From Octopus sinensis (taxonomy: Eukaryota), in assembly GCF_006345805.1 (NCBI RefSeq), contig NC_043009.1, positions 9,486,001 to 9,550,000 of the forward strand: 64,000 bases of DNA, read 5' to 3'. This document shows, piece by piece, positions 12,642 to 25,722 of this stretch. Numbering within the stretch: position 1 is the stretch's first letter; each line of letters opens with the position of its first letter. Made by a program: the position numbers and the translations under genes. Under the pieces are notes generated by a model that was not told the origin of the DNA, did not search any database, and worked only from the letters and a program-made list of their open reading frames with translations.

Positions 12642-13150
12642 TATATGTAACCATACGTAGATTCCTTTCTTAATACAAAACTCTATCCTTTAGAGATTAA
12701 ATTCTGCACTATTACTTTTCATATTGAGAATTGTATAAGGCCAATTTTAAAATGTGACACCCTAAAGCAAATAATGCATCCCTTGTAGTCCATTATGGGA
12801 ACTGATCTGCATCTAGCCCAGCCTGGCTCAGCTAACCCAACAACATTGTTGTAAATAGTAACTGTGAGCTGGAGATACCAAATAGACGATTAAATTAGTT
12901 TCTCACTCTTAATGAATTCTAATTCAAAGTGAATATTTTGTTGTGTTTATGGGTTCAACACTGTTTTATTTTGCTTTGGTTCATTTCAGTGTGTACTGCA
13001 ACAGACTGGTATGCTTTCTGAAAGGAGGTTTATCTTTTCATCTTAACACCATAAAATTGTTACTAAGCACTGACCCTTGAAAGCCTCTCAGAGATTAGGC
13101 ACTTAGGCTTATAGTAAAAATTAATATGCAGCACACATATATATATATAT

Positions 13151-13635
13151 ACTAGCATTATGACCCATCGTTGCTGGGTCATAGTGCTAGTGCATGTATA
13201 TATGTGTACATATTACATGTACATCTATATATATATATACATCTACACATAAAATACAAAATACAAAGTTATATCTTGATATCGCTAGTGATAACAATAC
13301 TCAAAATATATAACAGACTGGAATTGTTAGCCCGTCTCTTGCAATTTCGATCAATTGTATCTTGTCCTCCCTCTTGTATAGAAGTGTGGCTACAATCCAG
13401 CCTACCTCTACTTCTGGAGGGAAGTTTTAGGGAATCACAGTGGAGAAGATATGATATTGCTGTGGGCTCGCCCTAGGCAAAAAGTTAAAAAAATTTTTTT
13501 GCCAATGACACTCCCTGGACCCTAAGTAAGGCATGTGTAAAATTTGAATGAAATTGGTTGTGTAGTTCTCAAGTTTTAGGGAAACACACAGACAGACAGA
13601 CAGACACACATTCTCAGTTTTATATATATAGAGAT
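13151..13635 (+). mobile_element. Helentron/DINE-1-like non-autonomous element (HINE-like)
   Basis: 5' ACTAGCA..GACCC..GGGTCATAGTGCTAGT hairpin, internal (CAGA)n, 3' end TTTTATATATATAGAGAT. Confidence 0.65.
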
Positions 13636-14190
13636 GTGCATACGTGCACGTGTGTGTTTAATGATATATATGACATATTGAAGAGACACATACATACACA
13701 TACATAGAATCATGTATGCATATGTCATACTTATACTTAAAGAAGTGGGCTAGCAGAATTGTTACTGGACCAGAAAAAAATGGTTAGTGATTCTAAGTTC
13801 AAATGCCACTGAGGTTGACTTTGCCCTTCATCCTTTCAGGGTTGATAAAATAAGAACCAGTGGAACACTGGGGATGACATGATGGACTCAACCCCTTCCC
13901 TGAAGTTGCTGACCTTGTGTGAAATTTGAAAACCTACTTGTACACATACTAACACATGTAATTAAGCACACGTTTGTATACTAAAAAGACAGGTGTACTC
14001 ATAGGAGTGCAAGCTTTTACACACATGTACCTACAGATATGCAGACATTGATGAAAATATATTCTGATCCCTAGAAATACCTTGGTTTAAGCAAAAGACA
14101 CCTTATCGCTTGGTTAGTGGACCAACTTGAATTCTGCTGAGAACTTTACATACACATATCTAGACATAAATACATGCATTACACATACAT

Positions 14191-14639
14191 GGATCTCTTC
14201 GGTTTGAACAGCAATTTTTTCTAGCAGTGTCATATGAAATTGTCACCCATAATTATGACCCTAGAATCGATCTATTGCATTTCAATCTGTTTTAGGCTTA
14301 GGGTTAGAGTTAGGGTTAGTTAGGGTTAGGGTTAGGGGTGGGGGAAGGGTATCTTTTTTTCTTCACAAATGTAAATAAACCCAATCTGTTCCTTAAATGA
14401 GGGACATATTCATACGGCACAGAATGTTTTTTACCTCAATAGACGTCACTGATTGGTTGAAATTGCAGAAATTGAAGAAAGAAAAAAAACAACAAATATC
14501 TTACAAACTCTAGAATTTTCTCAATAAAGCCAAGAGAAAAAGATGTTTTATAAACACATTTTACCAGTATACGAAGTTTAAGATTTTTTAGTTACCTAGA
14601 AATTATGTTAAAAACTGCCATTCAAACCGAAAAGATCCC
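14191..14639. mobile_element. MITE with about 28-bp TIRs, 8-bp TSD (ACATACAT) and an internal TTAGGG tract
   Basis: GGATCTCTTCGGTTTGAACAGCAATTTT versus AAAAACTGCCATTCAAACCGAAAAGATCC. ACATACAT flanks both sides (14183-14190, 14640-14647), and an 8-bp TSD is hAT/P-like. Confidence 0.75.
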
Positions 14640-15456
14640 ACATACATAGATTATACATACATACATACATACATTTTTTCTTTTATCTTTTACCTTTTAA
14701 TAGTTTGTCATTGGACTGTGGCCATGCTGGGGCACTGCATTGACGGGTTTTATTCCCACACACTAACCTCAGTAACAATGTTTTTTTTTTAATCTGGTAC
14801 TTGTTCTACCACTCTCTTTTGTTGAACTACTAAAGAAACCGATACCAGTTACCAAGTAAGGGTGGGGGTCATTAAACACGGATACAAAAATACATGCATG
14901 CACGCACATGCACACACACACGCATATGCACACACACACATATTTTTTACATCTCCCTCTGATATGTATTGTTTTTAATCACAGCACATCTGTAAGAAAT
15001 GTTATTTTGGACCCAAACGACAGTAAATTGCCTATCAATGGTGTATATACATTAAATATGCTACATAGATGACTATTTTAATTAAATACTGCTTCAATTG
15101 CGTACACCGGATTATATGAACTATTTTGCTAATTGGAAAAATATTTTTGTTTTATTTTTGTTGAATACATTATGAGTAATATTTACAATAGGAATATATT
15201 TTGTGAAAAAAAACAATATTTGCATAAAATGAATTTATTCAAGGTCCATCATGTGATGGGATTGGTGAGATAATTACAGGATATTGGTTAACAGAGAACT
15301 GCTAATTTATTTTGATTGGGGGAACATTACGTACATATATATATAAATTAAAATGAGGGTGAGAAATTAGATATTAATTTAATTAACATCGGTTTCACAC
15401 CAGTGGTCTAGCATATAAAAAAACTGAAGGTTCAGTAAAATTGTATTACATACATA

Positions 15457-15569
15457 TTAGAGGGAAACCACTATGAGGACACCCTTCTGCTTGAGAACAT
15501 TTCTTAGTGGTAAGACCATAGCGGATCTATTTCTAGCATAAGGGTGTCCACATAGTGGTTTCCCTCTAA
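15457..15569. mobile_element. Miniature inverted-repeat element with TA flanks (MADE1-like architecture)
   Basis: TA|TTAGAGGGAAACCACTATGAGGACACCCTT ... AAGGGTGTCCACATAGTGGTTTCCCTCTAA|TA. Confidence 0.7.
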
Positions 15570-15599
15570 TATGTATATATGTGTGTGTGTGTGTGTGTG

Positions 15600-15633
<34 letters not shown>

Positions 15634-15854
15634 CAAACGCACATCAATATTTAAGGACTATGTAAATGGAATTTGATAGAATTGTGTCTCTTGAGTTTGA
15701 AGCAATAAAATCTTAGATTTATTAAGGTATACAGAGTTCAATATACAATATATTTTTGGACAACTTTATTCATTACAAACTAAGGTTAAGGAAGAATGTG
15801 CATACTTTCTCTGTCTCTCTCCCATACACACACACACACACACATTGAAAATAT

Positions 15855-16088
15855 ATATTTCTTTATTGCCCACAAGGGGCTAAACACAGAGGGGACAAAC
15901 AAGGACAGACAAAGGGATTAAGTCGATTACATCGACCCCAGTGCGAAACTAGTACTTTATTTATTTACCCTGAAAGGATGAAAGGCAAAGTCGACCGTTG
16001 CAGAATTTGAACTCAGAACGTAACGACAGATGAAATACTGCTAAGCATTTCGCCCGGCGCGCTAATGTTTCTGCCAGCTCGCCCCCTT
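15855..16088 (-). mobile_element. tRNA-derived SINE family B, long-tail variant
   Basis: Reverse complement of 28220-28460. Confidence 0.88.
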
Positions 16089-16284
16089 ATCACACATTGA
16101 AAATATAACTGATTGAATTGTTCTCTTGATTTTTCACACAATAAATGAAATAACAAATGTGGAAGCCTGTCATGTGTGTGTTTGTTTTTGTTCCCCCATC
16201 ACCACTTGGCAGCCAGTGTTGGTTTGTTTATGTCCTCATAACTTAGCAACGTGGTAAAAAAGTCCGATAGTATTCTGTTATTCT

Positions 16285-16695
16285 ATTACTTGTTTCAGTC
16301 GTTTGACTGCTGCCATGCTGGAGCACTGCCTTAAAGGGTTTTTTTTTAGAGGAAGAAATCAACCCCAGTACTTATTCCTTGTAAGCTTATCAATTATTCT
16401 ATCGATCTCTTTTGGTGAACCACTAAGTTATGGGAACGTAAACACACCGACATCGGTTGTCAAGCAATGGCAAGGGACAAACACAGACACAAAGATACAC
16501 TCACATAAATACACACACACACACACACACACATATACGGCGGGCTTCTTTCAGTTTCCATCTGCCAAATCCACTCACAAGGCTTTGGTTGGCCTGAAAC
16601 TATAGTAGAAGACCCTTGCCCAAGGTGCCATGGAGTGGGACTGAACCCAGAACCATGTGGTTGGGAAGTAAGCTTCTTACCACACAGCCATGCTT
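16285..16695 (-). mobile_element. SINE family A
   Basis: Reverse complement of the 3995 copy. Confidence 0.85.
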
Positions 16696-18326
16696 GTGTC
16701 TCTCAGTATGGTATGAGTACCAGACTTGAATACTGAAGTCAATTTGTTTAACTGAAATCCCTCAAGGTGGCACCCCAGCATGGTTGCAGTCCAATGTCTG
16801 AAATGGGTAAAAGATAACTTACATACACAAAGAAATGAATACATAACATAAATATCTTTCGCGTATTTTGCATTAGATATATATCAATGATATATACATT
16901 GGTAAATTACAGGTTGTTACTCAGCACAAGGTGAAATGCATTGAAATGATTTTGTTGTCTAATCAAATACATTATGAAGAAAATATATGACATCAAATTG
17001 AAAAGTCTGGGAAAGGAAATACATTAGAATATAAACTAGAACATACATTATTATAGGATAAAATTTAAAATCGATTAAAATAAAAATTAGAGGAAATATA
17101 AGTTTGTATAGTTTGAAATGTTTGTTGGTTCAATTAGAGGGTAAGTTCTGATAAAGTTAACTGCAGTCAAATAATTTAAATGAAACTTAATAATTAAATA
17201 AGCATAATTAATGGTGGGACAGTAATTGAGTCTAAGGTTAAATAATTAAATGAATGCATCAAACAAAGTACTCTTCAAGATTCTAGAAGTCCTGGGTTTA
17301 TCATTTACTGTTGTGTCGTTTCTATGATGGATCATTATTAAATTTCACTGCTATAATAATAATTAAAAGATCTGTTGTTCCTTGTGGAAATGTTGTCTTG
17401 GTAGAAGTAGATATCAGGCAATCTAAAGGTTAGTGGAAGTATACTAATTTACTTGATATGTGTGGAGCTTTTTGGCCAGTAAATTGATTACTCTGAAATA
17501 AAATTTGTCTGAAAAATTTTTATATTCTAAAAATCTTCTGTCTGCAAAATGAAATAAATTCCAAGTGTCAGTAAAGTACTTTAAAGGTGTAAAAATAGAA
17601 TATTATAAGAATTCAGGTGCACAGCTGACAAAATGTTTCATTGTTTCTGTAAGTTTTTATAAAAGAGAAAATTTTCTGTCTTAAGTAACAGATGTATTGG
17701 TTTACTTAGAATTTCAAATATGGGTCAATAGTGAGTGTGTCACCTTTTCTGTTCTATGTTTTAATTTCTGAACATTTTTGTGTGTGTCAGAGAGGGAGAG
17801 AGAGTGAGTCAGTGAGTGACTAGGGGTGTTAATAAAACCTTCTTTTGAATATATTGGCTGTAAATCTTAAAAGATTGAGGCCAACTTGGTGTTGATCATA
17901 ATGCAATAAACTAATTCTTTTAACCTTACATCTGCTTCAATGGAAAATCGCTAGAGTTAATACAATTACAGTTAGATGTATGACAATTGGAAGATAACCT
18001 TGATAGATTTCGGCCATGTCTGACTTAATAGCATCACCTGGTGAAGACTATATTTCTTTCTTTCTTTCATTTTTTTTTGTCAGTATATTAGAGTTCATTA
18101 GTGTGTGTATAAGTGACAAATATCCATTTTTTTTCACTAAGGTTTGACAAACCTAACTTGGTAAAACTTCAGAATTATTCTGTGTGTAAATATATATATA
18201 TATATATAGTCTTCTAAAAATTTATAAGTTATATTTTTTCCATACCTCCATTCCTGAAGAGCATATGTATTAGATAAACATCGAGTTATCTAACATCTGT
18301 TGTGAAACCAGTTAAGATTGACTGTA

Positions 18327-18623
18327 ATCTCTCTATATATAAATGGCAAAATGTCTGTGTGTGTGTGTGTCCTTTATACAAATCCACAATTTTTCAGTTA
18401 GAGGGTTTGCACTTTCTATGGCCATTCAAAACCGTCCAAGGGTGGTCGTGCACATCTTTACATTTCCCCAGTCACCACGCAAAGCCATTAAAAAATCAAT
18501 AGAAGTTACTATTTTGTGATTGGTCGGAGCTTTGGACAGTACTAGCGTGTATGTGCACACGCACACAGCTGTATATGCATGCACTAGCACTATGACCCGG
18601 CGTTGCCAGGTCATAGTGCTAGT
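18327..18623 (-). mobile_element. HINE-like element, family 1
   Basis: Same terminal 41-nt hairpin ACTAGCACTATGACC..GGTCATAGTGCTAGT and ATATAGAGAGAT end. Homologous to 30395 and 41484. Confidence 0.72.
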
Positions 18624-20589
18624 GGACCTATAATACTATACATATTATATATATATTATGCATTTATATAAACACATACCCACATATATGAAGTGATTGA
18701 GAAACCTACTACAGTTCAAGCTACAAATAAAAGTGAAAACAAAAGCAAAGGTTTACACTCTACATTATATTTTAGAAGATATTGATAAGAGCTTTAAAAC
18801 GTTTGTATCAGTAAAAATGGCCATGGTATTTATTCCAGTTCAGGAAATGAAGTGATCATCAACAACAGACAAGAGTTGCCCTTGCTAATTTACTAATTTA
18901 ACGTCAACCATCTGCATATGTCTTTCCCACCATCAGCTCCCCCCCCCCTTTAACATAGATGTTTGTGCAATACAGAACTAACTCAACCCCCATTATTCCT
19001 ATTTAGGATATTTCAAGCCATAATACGGAAACATGAGGTAGCAGCACAAATCTTTGTTTATTCACATAACATTGTATTTTAGTGGCTTTCAATTACCTTT
19101 AGCTCTGTTTCACAATGCTTCAAATAAACTATACAACCCTTATAAATGTGTGTGTGTAGAAGGGAAATCTTATCTTTATACAGTACTTTATGAATGTGCT
19201 ACTTAAGTTTCATGGTACACATATCAGTTGCTGAGTTCTTTTCTGTGGCGCCCACACTAGTGAGGTTACCGAGTAACTTGCAAGACAGAAAAAGTCTCTC
19301 AAGTGAGTGAGTCTGTAGAGAGGGAGGTGACTTTATGTCAAGTGTTGAGGCTAGATAGGACAAGAACAGGTGTCTTGCTGCAGAGGAGACACATGGCTAC
19401 TCAGCATTATATAAGGATGGGTGGGCATAGCTGGAAAGAAAGTGATAAAGACAATGGTAACAAGGTGATATTTCATTTGCTTTTACTTTATTTGTTAGAG
19501 GACTGACCATACTGGAGCATAGCCCTCAAGAGTATTTAGTCAAACATATCAACCATAGTAGTGGTAGATATTTTATCAACCTTAGTAAGGTGAAATGTAA
19601 TGCAGGATTTGAACACAGAGCCTAAAGTGCCTTAAATACCACAAGGTACCTTGCTCTGCATTTTACTGATTCTACCATACACACACATATATACTTTTAT
19701 ACACACACGCACACACCTAAACACCCACAAACACATACACAAGTGTTTGAAACATATATGTACGTATATATGCATGCATGCATATAAACACGTATATACA
19801 TATACTCAAGTATATTCGTTAATTATTCTAATTGAAAAATTAGCCACTGTTATAAACATATAGCCTTATTAGATAATGCCAATTTTATTTTGGTTCATAA
19901 AATTATTATGAAATCATTAAAATAATTCAATAAATATAAAATCAATTATTTCATATAATGTTAAATACAAATTCTTCCATTTTTTCTTTCTACCTATCAA
20001 TGTTACTTCCATTACAAGAATAACTTCCTTTCCTTCTTATCTGCGTGATCTTATTTCTTTAACATGGTTGTTGCTTAGCCCCTAATCCAGTAGGCCCCCA
20101 TGACTGAGGTAATAGCTGCCATGGCTAGCCCATCCTTTTCTTTTCTCATTCTCTTTCTATTTCTTCAACTACATTATTCAGTATATTGCTACCTTTTCAC
20201 AATGGTAGGGTTTGTGTGTGTGTGTCACTTGAGAGTGATTTTGTTGCTATTTCTAGTATGTTGATTGACTCTTTACACGGTTGTGAGATGTTTTGGCACA
20301 GCTGTTTTGTTGCCACCTATTTGACATCACTGATTTGATGATGACTTATTTGACATTACACATTTTAGCGTTTCTCTCACGCCCTTGCTTTCCTTTCCTC
20401 CTTACTCTTTGTTTATGCGTGTGAGCATATTTCTTTTTATGCATAGGAGGAGATGGAAATTACTTTATGTCAATTATGATCAATTAATATACTTTATTCT
20501 CTGTCTCTCTCTCTGCACCAATCGTTGGCATCCAAACAGCAGCACCCAATCATTTTATGCTGTCCTAGTCTTTAATGTGTATACTCTTT

Positions 20590-20802
20590 ATTCTTTTACT
20601 TGTTTCAGTCATTTGACTGTGGCCATGCTGAAGCACCACATTTAGTCGAGCAAGTCGACCCCAGGACTTATTCTTTGTAAGCCTGGTACTTATTCTATCA
20701 GTGTCTTTTGCTGAACCGCTAAGTTACAGGGATGTAACCATACCAACATTGGTTGTCAAGCAATGATGGGGGAGACAAACACAGACACAAAGACACACAT
20801 AT

Positions 20803-20856
<54 letters not shown>

Positions 20857-20873
20857 ATGTGTGTGTGTGTGTG

Positions 20874-20909
<36 letters not shown>

Positions 20910-20923
20910 ATATATGTATATAT

Positions 20924-20958
<35 letters not shown>

Positions 20959-21135
20959 CATACATACATACATGAGACACTTTTTCAGTTTCTGTCCACC
21001 AAATCCACTCACAAGGCTTTGGTTGACTTAAGGCTATAGTAGAAGATACTTGTCCAAGGTGCCACTCAGTGGCGGGGCTGAACCCAGAACCATGTGGTTG
21101 GGAACCAAATTTCTTACCACACAGCTACACCTGTG
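20590..21135 (-). mobile_element. SINE family A with expanded central microsatellite
   Basis: Both halves present around a TA/TG tract of about 180 nt. Confidence 0.85.
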
Positions 21136-21842
21136 CTTATGTATTAAAAAATTTTTTTTTTTTATTGCTGAGTGCATACCAATATTTCACTAACAAACTC
21201 TCTTTCTCTGATTTTAATATAAACATTCATTAAATAAACTGTTTTTGAGAGAGAATATTTTAAACAAGAAAAGAAAACACCATTTAACCATTTATTAGTG
21301 TGAAAATAGTGAATACTCTATTTGTCATAAAATAAATTTATATTAAATCTTTTTAAAGTTCACGTCATCTCATGAAACCCCAGAATATTTTTACAGAACT
21401 CTGGGAGTTCCTTGCTATCCACTTTTGGAAACACCTGATTATTCCTCTCCTCCAAATTTAAAACCTTATGCTTGTGTTTGTGGCACCATTTATTCTTCTA
21501 TTTTTTTATACATTTCAGCCCATGCTGGGGCTATTTGAATGCTTTCAAATGGAGTTAGGCTTCTGTCCGCAAAATCCTAGTTCATAACCTTTTCACTTCA
21601 ATTTTTTTTTCTTATTCTTTGATGAAGCATTTTCGTTTCAATTCTCATTTTCCTTATTTTCTTTTTCTTTTTTTTTTTTTTCGTTTTTTCTTTTCTTGCT
21701 TTTCCAAAATGCTTGACTCCATGTCCCCTAGGACAAGACCACAGGAAAATATTATATTATAGTTTATCTCTTACATTACACCAGAATCATAGAAACCTCT
21801 GTCAGGAAAGACTAATGCTTTGTTTCAATTTCTTCTTAGGTT

Positions 21843-21920
21843 ATGACTGGGGAAAAACACCCAGGGACGCCTGCTGCATGGAAACATAATAGTAAAATGG
21901 GCACTAGCATACTTGAAATA
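21843..21920 (+). CDS. HMBOX1: Candidate first coding exon of the HMBOX1-like gene (MTGEKHPGTPAAWKHNSKMGTSILEI)
   Basis: Pyrimidine tract and TTAG acceptor ending 21839, ATG at 21843, 26 open codons, GTAAGC donor at 21921 in phase 0. It joins in frame to the phase-0 acceptor at 35297. SILEI-SSS loosely parallels the vertebrate HMBOX1 N-terminus (VLLET-MSH). Confidence 0.55.
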
Positions 21921-23112
21921 GTAAGCCAAGAAATTTTAATTAACTATATTACTCTCTTAGTGATGAGATGACCTCCTGCTTGTTGACACCTCCCTTTCTT
22001 CCTTCCTTCTTTCCTTTTTTCCTTCCTTCCTTCTTTCCTTCTTTCCTTCCTTCCTCCCTTCCTTTGTTCTTCCCTTTTTTTATATTTCTTAATTAATCCA
22101 ACAGTGATCAGTAGGAGCCAACTCTTATTCTGGCCACACATACAAACAATTTAACATTGCACGTTAACGATACGCTCGTTAGTTCATACTGCTGCCACTG
22201 CTTACATTAATTGCATGTGCATGTTGTTCCCATTGTAGTTGAAATAATGAGCTGGAAAAAGAATTTTTAATCAATTGAAATTATACTGAAGATGGTACTT
22301 TGGTATGGCCTTGATTGCAATGGTTTAAAGAATTTAAAAAAAAAAACATCCTCATCAGATGAAAAATCATTACCTTTTATGATAATTCTTATCAAGAATG
22401 GCAAGGGAGAAAAATCTGAAATTTAAACTGTTAAAAAATTAAATGAAAATGTGCAGCAAAGAGTGGTGAATCTATTCTTTAGTAGATTTCAGTCTTATGA
22501 AATCTCCTCAGTGAAACAGTTCTAACACATATCTACTAGACTTTAGAATGACTTTGAGAGGATATATCTAGTCTTTTGTATGAGATAATTATCTTGCAGG
22601 CATACTATAGTGCTAGTGACATGATAATCTCTGCCAACTTTTCAGTTGGTTGTACAATACTATTTATCCTCCCCATATATGTTCACTGTTAACTGATTAA
22701 AGAACGGCAGAAAAACTAAATGAATAAAAAATAACTATATTTCTGTAGAGTTTCATTATTTGATGCCATCAATAATCAAGTGTATTCCACTTTTTCAGTT
22801 AATTTCTCTAGAATTGGTAAGATATAATTGCAACCAAAAAAACCACTAGAAGTTCCTGGAATAACCTTTTTGCATTCAGATTATTCAATCAAATATAATG
22901 CTTATTTATTGAAATTGGTTTGAATTAATTATGCATTATCTAGAAGCTTCAAGATATCAATGATGATGATTGTATATTTTTAGAATGACATTGTATGGTA
23001 GGTGTGAGAGGCTGAATCTAGCCAGATTGAACATAAAGCATGTAGAATATATGGGCCAGATATGGCCTGTTTAAATGCTAAAGGGTTAACCTTGTATCTG
23101 TTACTTAAGTGC

Positions 23113-23500
23113 AGGCATGGCTTCCCAACCACATGGTTCTGAGTTCAGTCCCATTGCATGACCAAAGCCTTGTGAGTGGATTTGGTAGATGGCACTGAAT
23201 GAACCCCCTCATGCATATATATATATATGTGTGTGTGTGTGTATATATATGTATATATATATATGTGTGTTTGTGTATATATATATATATATATAATATA
23301 TATATATATTATATATATATATATATACTTTATTTAAAAGCAGCAGAAAATTCAACAAAACTGTTACTCTGAGTTTCACGTTCCCGTTTGTTTTGTTGAA
23401 TTTTCTGCTGCTTTTAAATAAAGCATATTACTCTACTCCTGGTATTTGAGTACTCTTTTTTCCACCTTGTTTCACATTTATGTGTTTACTCTGGTATATG

Positions 23501-23531
<31 letters not shown>

Positions 23532-23539
23532 ATATATAT

Positions 23540-23574
<35 letters not shown>

Positions 23575-23780
23575 GCATGTATGTATATATTTGTGTGTGT
23601 GTCTTTATGTTGATAACCAGTGTTGGTGTGTTTACATCCCCGTAACTTAGCAGCTTGGCAAAGGAGACCGATAGAATATGTAATTGGTTTAAAAAGCAAA
23701 TAAGTACTGGGCTCAGTGAGTTTGACTAAAAATTCTTCAATGTGATGCCCCAGCATGGCTGCAGTCTAATTACTGCAACA
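23113..23780 (+). mobile_element. SINE family A, interrupted by a hairpin element
   Basis: 5' part 23113-23210 and 3' part 23590-23780, with the 23328-23500 insert inside the microsatellite. Confidence 0.75.
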
Positions 23781-24004
23781 AAGATTGATAATCGTATTGG
23801 GGGGGGGGTCTTGCCGTAAAGGGTTTTAATCAAACAGATCCACCCTTGTACTTATTTCTTAAGAATGGTACTTATTCTGTCATTCTCTTTTGATGAACTG
23901 CTAAGTTATGAGGATGTAAACAAACCAATACTGGTATCCAAGCAGTGGGGGTAAGGGGACAAACACACACAAAGACACAGACATACATATATATGATGGG
24001 CTTC

Positions 24005-24735
24005 TTTTATCTTTTACTTGTTTCAGTCATTTGACTGTGGCCATGTTTGGGCACCGCCTTGAAGGGTCTTAGTCTAACAAATCAACCCCAGGACTTATTT
24101 CCTTAAGCCTTGTATTTATTCTTTCAGTCTCTCTTGCTGAACCGCTAAGTTATGGGGATGTAAATACAACGACACTGGTTGTCAAGTGGTGGGGGGGAAC
24201 AAACATAGACACATACACATGGATATATACATATGTGTGGAGGCACAATGGCCCAGTGGTTAGAGCAGCAGACTTGTGGTCGTAGGATCGCAGTTTCCAT
24301 TCCCAGACCAGGAGTTGTGAGTGTTTATTGAGCGAAAACAATGCAAAGCGTATTGTGACCAGTGATGTGTAGCAACACCTGATAGCCTGGTCGGTCACGG
24401 TGATCACAGTGATATACATATGTATAAACAACAGGCTTTTTTCTGTTTTTGTCTACCAAATCCACTCACGAGGCTTTGGTTGGCCCAAGGCTAAAATAGA
24501 AGACACTTGCCAAAGGTGCCACAAAGTGGAACTGAACCTGGAACCATGTGTTTGAGAAACAAGTTTCCTACCACATAACCATAGGGTTCTATTAAATTTT
24601 TCTCTGCCAAATGCACTCACAAGGCATTGGTTGGTCAATGGCTATAGTAAAAGAGACTTGCTCAAGGTGCCATGCAGTGGGACTGAACCTGAAACCTCAG
24701 AGTTGCAAAGCAAGCTTCTTAACCACTCAGCCATG
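24005..24735 (-). mobile_element. SINE family A cluster with a SINE C inserted
   Basis: 3' half 24005-24200, then 5' halves at 24425-24580 and 24590-24735. Confidence 0.7.
24239..24413 (+). mobile_element. SINE family C, internally deleted
   Basis: Head joins directly to the 3' block AAAACAATGCAAAGCGTATTGTGACC. Confidence 0.8.
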
Positions 24736-25477
24736 CCTTAATTTTTTTAATATTTTTTTTAGTTCAAAGGAAATGCAGTGTCTTTGGTTCTTTACGGGAT
24801 CTCTGGGTGAAAGGGGCAGGGAGGGAGGAAGGAAAATATCCTCAAACCAAAGCATTGAGTCAAAGATAGAGATGACTCAGCTAAAAGTACCCAGGGTATC
24901 AGATGGTGATGGTAAACCAGGTGATGAGTCAAGTGTGCCACCCAAGTAGGCCAGGGTAGAATTTGAACTTGGAATGTAAAAATCCCTGGAAAATACCACA
25001 TGTTTTAGAATTTTACCAACATGTCACTTAGCGGTTTGGCAAAAAGAGACCGATAGAATAAGTACTGGGCTTACAAAAAGAATAAGACCCGGGGTCGAGT
25101 TGCTCGACTAAAGGCGGTGCTCCAGCATGGCCACAGTCAAATGACTGAAACAAGTAAAAGAGAGAGTAAAAGAGTATGTTTTAGAGTTTTGTACCTTTTT
25201 TCTTTTCTTTTTTTTTCGTTGGGCTTAAAATGATGAATGACAAGTTTGACTTTGGCAGGATTTGAACTTACAGCACAGAGACTCAGAACAAATACTACAA
25301 GGCATTTCTGTATGCTCTAGCAACACTAAAAATTACTGCTTAATTAACTGTAATTAAAGTTGTTTTATTGAAAAGCATTGCACCACCACATTCGCAGTTC
25401 TAATATAAAATTGCCTTTGAGTCACCGATGAGCTTTGGAGTGCTTGGTGTTGTAGTCTTCATATTCCTCCTCCTCCT

Positions 25478-25722
25478 CATCCTCATCCACCACCACCTCA
25501 TCCTCATCCTCCACCACCACCTCCCCTCCTCCTCCACCACCACCTCTCCACCACCTCTCCTCCTCCTCTCCTCCACCACCACCTCTCCTCCACCACCACC
25601 ACCACCTCTCCTCCATCACCTCCTCCTCCTCCTCCTCCTCCTCCTCGCCACCACCACCTCTCCTCCTCCTCCTCACCACCGCCGCCGCTGCCACCACCAC
25701 CACCACCACCATCATCATCATA
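25478..25722. repeat. (CCT)/(CCA)/(CAT) low-complexity tract
   Basis: Read directly. Confidence 0.95.
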
